This document shows, in pieces, positions 9,307 through 19,412 of a stretch of DNA of 47,175 nt; within the stretch, counting starts at the first letter, position 1; every line of letters begins with the position of its first letter. Location of the stretch: positions 1 through 47,175 of the forward strand of contig CAZGJX010000020.1 of NCBI GenBank assembly GCA_964525635.1, in the 5' to 3' direction. This stretch comes from an uncultured archaeon (GTDB lineage: Archaea > Asgardarchaeota > Lokiarchaeia > Sigyniarchaeales > SOKP01). The notes below the pieces were generated by a model. That model was not told the DNA's origin. It searched no databases and saw only the letters and a program-made list of their open reading frames with translations. The position numbers and the translations under genes were made by a program.

Positions 9307-11205
9307 GTGTTGAATATGACTAAAAAAATCTCTTTATTAAAATTAGGGGGAAGCTTGCTAACTGATAAAAATAAACCATTTTCATTGAGAGAAGAAGTTA
9401 TAAAAAATACGATAAAACAAATAGCAGATAGTCAGGAAAAACTTATTATAATTCATGGAGGAGGATCTTTTGGCCACCCAGTTGCCAAAAAATATAATAT
9501 TTCTAATGGTTTAAATAATTCAATAGAAAATCAAATTTTAGGTCTTACTCAGACACATGAAGCAATGAATAAACTAAATACATTTATTATCAATGAATTT
9601 ATAGAAATGAATGTTCCTGCATTATCAATACAAACCTCTGGTATTTTTATTAAAGAGAATCAGAAATTCATAATGAAATCTGCTGATATTATTGAAAAAA
9701 GTTTAGATCTTGGTGTAATACCAGTTTTATATGGTGATATAATATTGCATAAATCTGATACTTTTTCTATTATTTCAGGGGATCAAATTATTTTAGAATT
9801 ATGTAAAAATTTGAGGAATTACCAAATAAAAAAAGTTATATTTGCTACTGAAATAGATGGAATTTATATTTATGAGAATAATAATACTGAAAATATAAAA
9901 TTAGCTACAAATCTCAACTATAGTGATCTAGACACTATAAAATTAGCTAACTTGGGTCAGAAGATAGATGTAACAGGTGGTATGAAAGGAAAAATAGAAT
10001 CAATTAAAGAAATATGTGAACAAAACCTTCCTATACAAATTATTAATGGTTTAAAGAACAATTATATTCTAAAAGCTTTAAAATCAGAAGAAATTGAAGG
10101 AACCTATATCAATTATGACACAGTAAAAGGTAAGAGAATTAGTAAAAGAAAAATAGAGCATATTAAAATACCTATTAATTATAATGTTCAACATTATACT
10201 AATTATTTTGATGATATAGAATTATTATATCATGCCTTCCCACAGATTAATTTTGATGATATTGATCTTTCAACTGATTTTTTTGGTAAAACCATATCAG
10301 CACCTATTTGTATAGCTGCTATAACTGGAGGTCATCCTGTATCCTATAAAATAAATAGGATTTTAGCAGAGGCTGCAGAAAATCAGACTATTATTATGAG
10401 TGTAGGAAGTCAACGTGCAGGATTAGTTGATCCTGAATTAAAAGAATCTTTTAGTATTGTTAGGGATGTAGCTCCAAATATTCCTATTATTGGCAATTTA
10501 GGAATAGGTCAATTAAGTAAACCTGATTTTAATCCTGATGAATTTATTGAATGTATTAATATGATTAAAGCAGACGTCATGGCTATCCATTTTAATGCTT
10601 TACATGAATTATTTCAAGAAAAAGGGGATCGTTCATATAATAATCTAGTCGATAATTTTAAAATAATTAGAAAATCAACACAGATTCCAATCATTGCTAA
10701 AGAGGTCGGATCTGGATTTAATCAAGAAGTTGCATTTACACTTGATAAACTTGGTTTTGATGGTTTTGATGTTGGAGGAGCAGGGGGTACTAGTTTTGCT
10801 GCAATTGAATCCTTTCGTAATAAAAAACTAGATGAAACTTATACTAGGAATCCCGCAGATCTATTTCGAGATTGGGGTATCCCTACACCTATAAGTATAG
10901 ATTATGTAAGAAAAGCATCTGAAAAATTAATAATTGCAACTGGGGGATTGAGAAATGGAATAGATATTACTAAATCAATTGCTTTAGGTGCCAATATAGC
11001 AGGTTTTGCATATAAATTTCTTTTAACAGCTTGGAATGATTATAATAATAATACCATTTTAAATTCAATTAAAGAAATTAAAACACTAAAAAATGAGTTA
11101 CGTTCATGCCTTTGGTTAATGAATGCAATTAACATAAGTGAAATCTTTAGAAAAAGAGAAAAACTTATTCTTTTAGGAAAGTTATATAAATGGTTCAATC
11201 AATAA
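9307..11205 (+). CDS. fni: Fused isopentenyl phosphate kinase + type 2 isopentenyl-diphosphate isomerase (IPK-Fni)
   Basis: N-half KLGGSLLTDK, HGGGSFGH, DVTGGM; C-half RKIEHI, AITGG, VGSQR, KEVGSG, GAGGTSFAAIE, WGIPT. Confidence 0.9.
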   Translation: MLNMTKKISLLKLGGSLLTDKNKPFSLREEVIKNTIKQIADSQEKLIIIHGGGSFGHPVAKKYNISNGLNNSIENQILGLTQTHEAMNKLNTFIINEFIEMNVPALSIQTSGIFIKENQKFIMKSADIIEKSLDLGVIPVLYGDIILHKSDTFSIISGDQIILELCKNLRNYQIKKVIFATEIDGIYIYENNNTENIKLATNLNYSDLDTIKLANLGQKIDVTGGMKGKIESIKEICEQNLPIQIINGLKNNYILKALKSEEIEGTYINYDTVKGKRISKRKIEHIKIPINYNVQHYTNYFDDIELLYHAFPQINFDDIDLSTDFFGKTISAPICIAAITGGHPVSYKINRILAEAAENQTIIMSVGSQRAGLVDPELKESFSIVRDVAPNIPIIGNLGIGQLSKPDFNPDEFIECINMIKADVMAIHFNALHELFQEKGDRSYNNLVDNFKIIRKSTQIPIIAKEVGSGFNQEVAFTLDKLGFDGFDVGGAGGTSFAAIESFRNKKLDETYTRNPADLFRDWGIPTPISIDYVRKASEKLIIATGGLRNGIDITKSIALGANIAGFAYKFLLTAWNDYNNNTILNSIKEIKTLKNELRSCLWLMNAINISEIFRKREKLILLGKLYKWFNQ

Positions 11206-11404
11206 TAAAATCTTTTAATTCAATAAAGACAATGAAAATTCAGCTTTTCATTAAGAAAATAACAATAAAGAAATAAATATAGTATTCATTAGATTGATAA
11301 AATCATTTTAACTAAAATTTATTTATTTTTTTTGTCGAGAGATATCTTTTTATAGATTAAGGTAGAATTATTTTTATAAATAAAAGTTAAATCTCTCTTA
11401 AAAG

Positions 11405-11932
11405 GTGATTAATATACCTATAGATTGGACAAAAGCTTCCAAATATCCAGAAAATTCTCAAAAAGTAGATGGAAAATATTTGTTAGAGTTAAAAATTAGA
11501 ATTAACGAATTAGAAAGGACGATAGAGAATTTAAATTTAAAATTACATAACTCTCAAAATACAGAAAATGAATTAAGAGAGGAATTAAAGATAAATGAAG
11601 AAGAATTAAATAGATTAGATAATTTAATTAAATATTTAAAGACTAAAACAAATTTAAGCAAAGCACTTATTGAAGATATGCAAACTAGATTATCTAATAA
11701 AGATTTACAAATCAAAAACCTCGAAAAATATTTGATTGCAAATATTAATCAAAATTATGATATCGCTCACAAATTAAAAAATTTAGCAAGATGTTTAGAT
11801 AAAGAGAAAAAGAATGAGAATGAATTGAATAGAGTAAAACAGATAATCAAAAATAAAGGATTTATTACTGAAAAAGAATTTGAAACAATTATGGGAAAGA
11901 AAAGCTTAGAAGAATTCCTAATAAGAAATTAA
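11405..11932 (+). CDS. Coiled-coil protein, paralog of 21844..22578 (likely start ATA 11414)
   Basis: Heptad-rich; shared N-terminal DWxKAxKxPE..QKxxGK and C-terminal KGFxxEKEFE. Confidence 0.7.
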   Translation: MINIPIDWTKASKYPENSQKVDGKYLLELKIRINELERTIENLNLKLHNSQNTENELREELKINEEELNRLDNLIKYLKTKTNLSKALIEDMQTRLSNKDLQIKNLEKYLIANINQNYDIAHKLKNLARCLDKEKKNENELNRVKQIIKNKGFITEKEFETIMGKKSLEEFLIRN

Positions 11933-11980
11933 GAACAAATAAATTAATCTTATTCTATAATAAGAGATTTTTTATTAAAA

Positions 11981-12532
11981 TTAAATTTCTCCCCATCGCT
12001 TAATATTGTTATCAATATTAAGTAAGTCTAGAATCCGTCCTACTATCTGCTTAGTAATTTCATCTACGTTTTTAGGTTTGATATAATAAGATGGTATTGG
12101 AGGGGCAATTATTGCACCTAATTTAGCCAAATTAAGCATATTCTTCAAATGAATGACGCTAAATGGACTTTCTCTAACTACAAGAATAAGATTTCTTTTT
12201 TCTTTTATAGTAACATCAGCTGCTCTTGTTATAAGATTATCTGCATAACCATGTGAGATTGCTGATAAAGTTTTCATTGTACAAGGTATAATAACCATTG
12301 AATTAAATAAATGAGAACCACTAGCAGGTGGTGCTGTCAAATCATTTTCTTCATAATAGTACGTTGCTAATTTTGTAATCTCAGAAAGATTATAATCAGT
12401 TTCGAGTCCAATTACTTTTTTTGCAACATTTGAAATGATTAATTCTGTTTCTATTGATTTTTCTTTTAAAATCATTAATAACTCAATAGCTAATGGAATT
12501 CCTGTAGCACCTGTTATTGCAATAATAATCAA
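11981..12532 (-). CDS. ubiX: Flavin prenyltransferase UbiX (supplies prFMN to UbiD/AMPD)
   Basis: AITGATG, ASGS, PCTMKTL, NLITRAADV..KE and RESP motifs. Confidence 0.92.
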   Translation of the reverse strand: MIIIAITGATGIPLAIELLMILKEKSIETELIISNVAKKVIGLETDYNLSEITKLATYYYEENDLTAPPASGSHLFNSMVIIPCTMKTLSAISHGYADNLITRAADVTIKEKRNLILVVRESPFSVIHLKNMLNLAKLGAIIAPPIPSYYIKPKNVDEITKQIVGRILDLLNIDNNIKRWGEI

Positions 12533-12753
12533 TAATTATCACATTAGTATTTTTTTTTTATTTTAATTAATCTACTATTATATAACAATTTTAATAATCC
12601 AGAATATCTTTTTTTTTATCCAAATTTCCAATTCTCTAAATATTTAAATTAAAACTATTATAATCTATTAAATAATCTTTAAAGTGATAATTTTGAGTGA
12701 AATATTAAATATTTCAATTATTATTATGTTCATTTTATTCTTTATTATTATAT

Positions 12754-13785
12754 TTGGTTTTTTTCTTATTTTATTTTCTCAAAACAAGACAAAAAATGTT
12801 TTTATATCTAATAATTTATTTCCTATCAGATAGTCTTTATAATCTATTAAGCATTGGACAAGTTATTTCAACAGAATTGGATATAATTATCTTTTTCTTT
12901 TTAATTAGTGAGATTTTCAATATTCTGACTATATATTCTTTGATATTACTTCTTGAATTTTTTGAAAAGAATATTCAATTCTCAAGAACACAAACTATAA
13001 TGACCATGTTAATTTTTACTCTAATAGGATTAATTCTATCCAATCCTGATGTTAATATTAATATTACTGGGGACATTTATGTTGATTCTTTTTATTATGA
13101 TAGTTTAATTATATATCTTGAAATGATATTTTATTTAATTGCAGGATTTTGGATAATTATAATATTATATAGAAGTAAAATAGCAGCAAAATCTCCTAAA
13201 CAAAAAAAATTAATTATTAATGTCATTTTAGGAGTATTTTTTGCAAATTATATTCCGTTTTTATTTATATTATATGAATTTTCTGAATTGGAATCAATCT
13301 TTATTTTACTTACTACAATAATTTTTATTTCTCAAAATTTAGGGATTATTTTTATTGGATTTGCATTTCTCCAAATAAGAAAATATCCATGGTTAATGCA
13401 AAAACAGAAAGTTTTTCTACTTTTAATTTACAATCAACATAGAATAAATCTATTTCATAAGATATATAGTAAAGAAATTAATCTAGGAGACTCCTCACTA
13501 CTTGCTGGAGGCTTTACCGCAGTAACTTCTTTAATTCAAGAAGCAACAAAATCAGAAAGTAAAGTTAAATCAATATTATTAGAAGAAAAAGAATTGAAAA
13601 TTATTAATCGTGAAGATTTTACATGTGCTCTTATTGTTGAATATTCTACTCAAGCATCTGAATTAGCACATATGAATTTTACAATTGACTTTGAAAAAAA
13701 ATTTTTAAAAGAATTAAAAGATTTTGATGGAGAAGTTTCAATATTCGAATCTTCTGAAGAAATAGCATTAAAATATTTTTCTTAA
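12754..13785 (+). CDS. Multi-pass (about 7TM) membrane protein with C-terminal longin-like domain; 5' end uncertain (12693-12754)
   Basis: Hydrophobic helices followed by LLAGGFTAVTSLIQE...FDGEVSIF, typical of Asgard longin-like domains. Confidence 0.6.
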   Translation: MVFFLFYFLKTRQKMFLYLIIYFLSDSLYNLLSIGQVISTELDIIIFFFLISEIFNILTIYSLILLLEFFEKNIQFSRTQTIMTMLIFTLIGLILSNPDVNINITGDIYVDSFYYDSLIIYLEMIFYLIAGFWIIIILYRSKIAAKSPKQKKLIINVILGVFFANYIPFLFILYEFSELESIFILLTTIIFISQNLGIIFIGFAFLQIRKYPWLMQKQKVFLLLIYNQHRINLFHKIYSKEINLGDSSLLAGGFTAVTSLIQEATKSESKVKSILLEEKELKIINREDFTCALIVEYSTQASELAHMNFTIDFEKKFLKELKDFDGEVSIFESSEEIALKYFS

Positions 13786-13953
13786 CGCTATTTTAATAAT
13801 AATTAAATCACAATATAATTTGAAAATTTTTGAAAAGAAAAAAGTATTAAAATTATTGTAACAATATACTTATTTTTATAAAAAGAAATTTTATTCAATT
13901 ATATTAAAATTATTTTATTCTTAAAATTATATAAAAAAGTAAAAAAGAAAAAA

Positions 13954-14148
13954 ATGATAAAAATGGCAGATGTAGAAGGAATAAAAACACCATTTGGAAT
14001 TTTTTGGCTACTTAGTATTGGATTCTTATGGCTATTTTGGGCAATAATGCCGGGAAATGTATTCGTTTGGCTTTGGATTGCGGGACTCTGGACTCTTATT
14101 GGATTTATTTTACTTCTTGGTCTTATTTTAATCAGTAGAAGAAAATAA
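13954..14148 (+). CDS. Small two-helix membrane protein
   Basis: Trp/Gly-rich hydrophobic hairpin, basic C-terminus, followed by T-tracts. Confidence 0.65.
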   Translation: MIKMADVEGIKTPFGIFWLLSIGFLWLFWAIMPGNVFVWLWIAGLWTLIGFILLLGLILISRRK

Positions 14149-14351
14149 ATATAAAATCACTTTTTTTGTACTCTTTTTTTTTTTATTATTTCTTTTATTA
14201 TAATTTTTAATGTTAAAAATGTTGAAATAAGTCAACACTTCCATATTTAGAAGACGAACTCAAAGTGGATTGACATTTTATTATTTGTGTGGTTAACAAT
14301 TTTAATTTGGAATTATTTTTATAATATATCATAAATTTAAGGATTAATTAT

Positions 14352-15137
14352 ATGGAAAATAAAGTAAGAATAGAAGAAGCAATGCTAAGCGAAGCAGAAA
14401 TTTTATCTAAATTATCAAAAGAAGCATATCATACTGATATAGATGTAGGAGCTCCTGGTGAACCTGGTGGTCCTCCAGGATATGATTCACCTGATTTCCA
14501 GATTTGGGCTATGAATTATCTAACCTATTATAAAATTCTATATAATGATGAAATCGTAGGAGGAATAATTCTAAATTCAAAAAATGTTAATCACCATATC
14601 TTAGAAGGTATATTTGTTGATCCAAGATATCATAACATAGGAATAGCAACAAAAGCAATGAATTTGGTTTTTAATAAATATCCAAAAGTAGTGTGGACAT
14701 TAGGTACACCAAAATGGAATGTAAGAACTAGACATTTTTATGAAAAATTGGGATTTAATCAAATTGGTTGGGAAGATGAGGGTTATGGTTTGGATTCAAG
14801 AGGTATATGGTATCAAAGAACAACAAATAAAATAACTTCCTCTGTTCAAAATATAATAGATTTGCGAGATGGAATGAATAAAGTAGTTGTAGAAGGTAAA
14901 ATAGTAAAAATGAATCCTTCTAGAAAATTTAAATCCAAAAAAGATGAGAAAGAACTTACTGTAGCAAATGCAATTCTATGTGATATTTCTGGAGAAATCA
15001 ACTTAGTATTATGGAATACACAAATTTCACGAGTAAAGATTGATGATAAAATAAGAATTGAATTTGGATATGTCAATTCTTACAATGGTAATCTTCAATT
15101 AAATATTGGTTATGGAAGGTTAATCAAACTTCTCTAA
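14352..15137 (+). CDS. GNAT acetyltransferase fused to RPA/SSB-like OB fold
   Basis: IFVDPRYHNIGIA and FYEKLGF (GNAT); VEGKIV..D.SGEINLVLWN..GYVNSYNGNLQLNIG (archaeal SSB OB fold). Confidence 0.8.
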   Translation: MENKVRIEEAMLSEAEILSKLSKEAYHTDIDVGAPGEPGGPPGYDSPDFQIWAMNYLTYYKILYNDEIVGGIILNSKNVNHHILEGIFVDPRYHNIGIATKAMNLVFNKYPKVVWTLGTPKWNVRTRHFYEKLGFNQIGWEDEGYGLDSRGIWYQRTTNKITSSVQNIIDLRDGMNKVVVEGKIVKMNPSRKFKSKKDEKELTVANAILCDISGEINLVLWNTQISRVKIDDKIRIEFGYVNSYNGNLQLNIGYGRLIKLL

Positions 15138-15140
15138 ATT

Positions 15141-15764
15141 TTAAAAATAAATATTCTTTTGTAAATAATCTTCGGGATTTTCGAATTGGTGAACAATTTT
15201 TTCTGCGGCTGTTCCCCTATATACTGCCTTAAATTTTGATTTAGGTTCAAAGGTAAGTTCCAATTTATTATTCTCCTCCTTATCATTTAAAGTACGAATC
15301 CTATTAATTGTCCAATCTAAATCGTTATTATAAATTATTGAATCCTGTTTTTTACGCTCACCTATTTGAAAACGTCCAAATTTTTCATATAACTTAATAA
15401 GACCCCTAGTAACTAAATTAAAATTTTTATAATGTTCACCATAGGCATATTCAGACATCAGAATGATCCTCTTTATTCCATTTTCTTTCATTGCATCCAC
15501 TACATTCTGAGTCCCTTCAGAGAATAGAGGAATGCGCTGAGTACGCATTCTCTATGAAATGAATGTAGCATCTACATCTTTGAGAGTCTCAATGATTTTT
15601 ACTTTATCAAACACATCTCCTACAATAACCTTGAGATTTTCATGTTCATATGTGATCTTTACAGGAGATCTCACATAAGCAATAATCTCATGACCCTTAG
15701 CTAACGCTTTGTCGAGGAATTGTTGTCCTAATCCTCCTGTGGCGCCAAATACTGCAATTTTCAT
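15141..15764 (-). pseudogene. NAD(P)H-binding (BVR-B/atypical SDR-like) gene split by one in-frame TAG at 15552-15554
   Basis: MKIAVFGATGGLG ... ATFIS*RMRTQRIPLFSEGTQNVVDAM; both ORFs are in the same frame. Confidence 0.75.
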
Positions 15765-15883
15765 AATTTCATCACTTTCTTTTTTCAATATCTTAATATT
15801 AGTTTTAAATTATAGGAAAAATCTTTTTCTGCTAATATAATATATATTAAATGTATTTAGTAATAAAAATGATATATTTTAAA

Positions 15884-16774
15884 ATGCCTAAAGCGAATGT
15901 AAATAATATAAAGATTGAATATGAGACAATCGGGAATCCAAACTCAAAACCATTATTATTGATAGCAGGGCTTGGAAGTCAATTACTCGCTTGGTCGAAT
16001 GAATTGTGCGAAAGTCTTATAAATAGTGGTTTTTATGTCATCAGATTCGACAATCGGGATGTTGGATTATCAACGAAACTTGAAGACTTTGGTTTACCGG
16101 ATTTTGTAGAAATTAATACTGCTTATGGTCGTGGAGGAACTCCTAAAGTATCATATACTTTAGAAGATATGGCCAATGATGCTATTGGTGTCTTAGATAC
16201 TATAAATATAGATAAAGCACATATTTGCGGTGCTTCAATGGGGGGTATGATCGCACAGATTCTAGCATATAAATATCCTTCTCGGGTACAATCTCTCACA
16301 GTAATTATGAGTACAACTGGAAATCCCGAGTTACCTCAAGGAAAACCAGAAATCATGGCGCAATTCTTTGCACCTGTTCCTTCTGAACGAGAGGCATATA
16401 TTGAGGAATCTATTAAACGCGACAAACTCATTTATGGAACATTTCCTTATGATGAAACTCTAGGAAGGGATTATAGAACAAAAGAATATGATCGCAGTTA
16501 TTATCCTGAAGGAGTAGCACGTCAATTGGCAGCAATGGCAGTACCTGGTAATCTAAAACCATACCTTAATACTATAAAGGCACCAACACTAGTTATTCAT
16601 GGAAGTGAGGATCCTTTTAATTCTGTTGAAGCAGGAAAAGATATCGCCTCATTAATACCTAGAGCAGAATTATTGATTTTAAAGGGAATGGGTCATAGCA
16701 TTCCAAGGGAAGTAATACCATGTGTTATTGACTCACTAGTTATAAATAGTAATAAATCAATAAATAATATATAA
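15884..16774 (+). CDS. Alpha/beta hydrolase (esterase/lipase family)
   Basis: RFDNRDVGLS, GASMGG nucleophile, HGSEDP, GMGH. Confidence 0.9.
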   Translation: MPKANVNNIKIEYETIGNPNSKPLLLIAGLGSQLLAWSNELCESLINSGFYVIRFDNRDVGLSTKLEDFGLPDFVEINTAYGRGGTPKVSYTLEDMANDAIGVLDTINIDKAHICGASMGGMIAQILAYKYPSRVQSLTVIMSTTGNPELPQGKPEIMAQFFAPVPSEREAYIEESIKRDKLIYGTFPYDETLGRDYRTKEYDRSYYPEGVARQLAAMAVPGNLKPYLNTIKAPTLVIHGSEDPFNSVEAGKDIASLIPRAELLILKGMGHSIPREVIPCVIDSLVINSNKSINNI

Positions 16775-16793
16775 TTTAAGAGAGGTTCTTATA

Positions 16794-17738
16794 ATGGACA
16801 TTTTTACTCATTTTGTTTTTGGATCCCTAATATATATCCTGTTTTTAAAAGAGGTGACTTTAGACTATATATATCTTGCAATATTTTTCTCAATTTTACC
16901 TGATTTAGATATTTTCATAACACCTTTAAAAAGAATTTTTAAATCAAATTATCTTGAGCATCGTGGAGGCTCCCATTCATATATTATTGGAATTATAATC
17001 TCTCTTATTTTAAGTATAATATATTCCATTTTAACACAACAATTATTTTTTATGTCTTGGATTATAAGTATGAGCTTTTATAGCTTACATGTATCTATGG
17101 ACCTTCTTACCACTACTAAAATTCCTTGCTTATATCCCCTTTCTAAAAAAGAATATAGTTTTTATGTTGAAAAAGCAGGTAGTTTATTTACACTGGTGAA
17201 TTCAGGAATTTTTCTTATATTATTAGGCTCATTATTTTATAATTCAGCAGATATATTCTTTTTCAATATACTTATTAATTTTTATACATCCTTTTTTATT
17301 ATTTATTACTTATATCGAATTATATCGAAAATTTGGCTATCTAAAAACCTTGAAAAAAATCAGAAATACTTTCCAGGAATTTTACCTTTTTATTACACTA
17401 TATATAATCATCATATTGTTGAAAATGAAATTTCATTAAGTATAGAAAGAAAATCTCATTTCTCGAAGACAAAGGGGATAAAAAATATAACTATTTTCCT
17501 AAATCCTGTAGAAATGGTTCTTTTCGAAAAGGTAATAGAAATGTGTAACTCGCATTACTATTATGCAAAATGGACTAAATTTCCAATATTTATCAGAAAT
17601 GAGGAGATTTTTTCTATCAGGTTTTTCTTTTTAGAAACCATGATGAGAAAAAGAACTATGTATATTCAATTTGATTTTGGTAAATTTACACAACAATTAA
17701 TTGGTGTCAATCGAGGATCTGGAAGTATAAAACCTTAG
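16794..17738 (+). CDS. Membrane-bound metal-dependent hydrolase (YdjM/LexA-binding family)
   Basis: MDIFTH, LPDLD, HRGGSHS and HVSMD motifs. Confidence 0.85.
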   Translation: MDIFTHFVFGSLIYILFLKEVTLDYIYLAIFFSILPDLDIFITPLKRIFKSNYLEHRGGSHSYIIGIIISLILSIIYSILTQQLFFMSWIISMSFYSLHVSMDLLTTTKIPCLYPLSKKEYSFYVEKAGSLFTLVNSGIFLILLGSLFYNSADIFFFNILINFYTSFFIIYYLYRIISKIWLSKNLEKNQKYFPGILPFYYTIYNHHIVENEISLSIERKSHFSKTKGIKNITIFLNPVEMVLFEKVIEMCNSHYYYAKWTKFPIFIRNEEIFSIRFFFLETMMRKRTMYIQFDFGKFTQQLIGVNRGSGSIKP

Positions 17739-17757
17739 AATTTTAATTTGAGAAATT
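17605..17757 (+). repeat. About 150-bp direct repeat, copy 1 (3' end of hydrolase gene)
   Basis: Near-identical to 21292..21443 (e.g. ttagaaaccatgatgagaaaaagaactatgtatattcaatttgatttt). Confidence 0.9.
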
Positions 17758-18072
17758 TTTTAAATAGTATTTAGATTGAATATTTTTAACTTATTATAGA
17801 TCTTGTAATAGAACCAACACTTAACTACTTATTATTCAACTACTTTTTTAAAAGGAAATAAATGGGGGAGAGAAAAGAAAAAATGTTAATAAAAATTTAG
17901 ATTAAAATAGGAATTAAAAGTACAAAACCTCAATTAAATCTATATAATATTCCTTAAATAGACATAGAAAAGAGCTCAGGAGATAATTATTATATCTAAT
18001 ATTCTATGCCAATACAGTTTAAAATCACTCTACCTAAAAACATTATTAGTACTGAAACTAAGAATGAATCAC

Positions 18073-18207
18073 TTAAAATGTGTAAGCAGCAATTATCTCA
18101 TCATCTATAAGTCTTGTTTTTTCACATAAACAACATACAAGAACTTTTTCATTCTTATTTTTAGAAGGTAGCATAATAGCTCCACAATCATTACAAAATT
18201 TTAACAT
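18073..18207 (-). CDS. 44-aa Zn-ribbon protein resembling the N-terminal domain of TFS/RpoM
   Basis: Manual translation MLKFCNDCGAIMLPSKNKNEKVLVCCLCEKTRLIDDEIIAAYTF*. Confidence 0.55.
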   Translation of the reverse strand: MLKFCNDCGAIMLPSKNKNEKVLVCCLCEKTRLIDDEIIAAYTF

Positions 18208-18598
18208 ATTTTCACACGTCCTACTTTTTTTTTATAAAAAACATTATTTTCCATTATTTTTATTTTCTTATTATATTATTTTTTAATATTTTATTTTAAA
18301 TCTTGTTGTATAAAGATAAGTTTCATTTAGTTCAATATCTCTTTTATTATATATTTCTTTTTCTCGAGTAGCTATTAATGAATAATAATTTAGATTTTTC
18401 CCTTGATATTATTTTTTTATTCCATCAAATATAGGATTTGACCATATTAATCGTACTTAATCTTTATTATCTTTCTTATTATCCATCATAAATAATATTT
18501 AACTCTAAATTTATAACTTTTCTTTTAATTCGATAAGTATTAATAATTTACCATTTAAATTAGATTAAAAATAAATAGTTATTGCTTAATCACTTTTT

Positions 18599-18880
18599 CT
18601 AATAAGATGCGATAAAAATTCTATTTGATAATGAGAAATCTTCATATTTTGTATCATTAGGGAAGGGTTGTCTTTTTTGTTTATTTAAAAAAGGCATCCT
18701 TATTACAATTTTTTCTTGTGTCACATAAACATTATTAAAATATTTATTTGTATTCTTATCATAATCTATGAACTTGTCTATAGATTTATCTTCGTGTATT
18801 TTTATACGATTGTAATTTAACTTATAATTTTTTCTTTTCATATTACTCGCCTTAAGTATTAATGGAGAGATTTCTATCAA
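18599..18880 (-). CDS. Hypothetical protein or gene remnant
   Basis: ORF track only, no recognisable motif. Confidence 0.25.
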   Translation of the reverse strand: MIEISPLILKASNMKRKNYKLNYNRIKIHEDKSIDKFIDYDKNTNKYFNNVYVTQEKIVIRMPFLNKQKRQPFPNDTKYEDFSLSNRIFIASY

Positions 18881-19412
18881 AAGATTATAATTGTTGTTTA
18901 ATAATCTTATATGATATATTATGGAAGTAAAAAATTAACTCTGTAATAAGTCATTAAAAAAAAAGAGATAGATTTCTTTCTATTTTTTTTTATATCTATA
19001 TATAAAATATCATGCATCTTATTTATTTCTTTGCTAAAAAAGAATAATATTTTCGATTATTTGGCTCAAAAATTTTAAGTCCTCTTTTTTTCAAGAAATA
19101 AATTAAAATTTATTCTTATGATCCAATTATTTAATAATTAGAAGGGTGCTCAAACTTTTTTTTCGAGTTTATTTTATTTTTCAATTTAATCTTGTTATTT
19201 AATGATCATTATGCTATATTCTTAAGATATTTACTAAAATAAAAAACTTAAACTTGATTAATATTAATCTAATAAGATTTTCTCTGTATTTCCTTTAGAG
19301 GATATCTATTTTGATTGATTTTATTATCATAATATTATATTAAAAGTATAAACTATAAAACTTGGAAAATCAGAATTTTATCCAAATTGGGAACTTTGAT
19401 AAATAAAGCAAA

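Noticed and set aside
14231-14274. Imperfect hairpin GTCAACACTT...AAGTGGATTGAC upstream of the GNAT gene
   Set aside because: It is short and interrupted with a large loop; not distinguishable from chance by eye.
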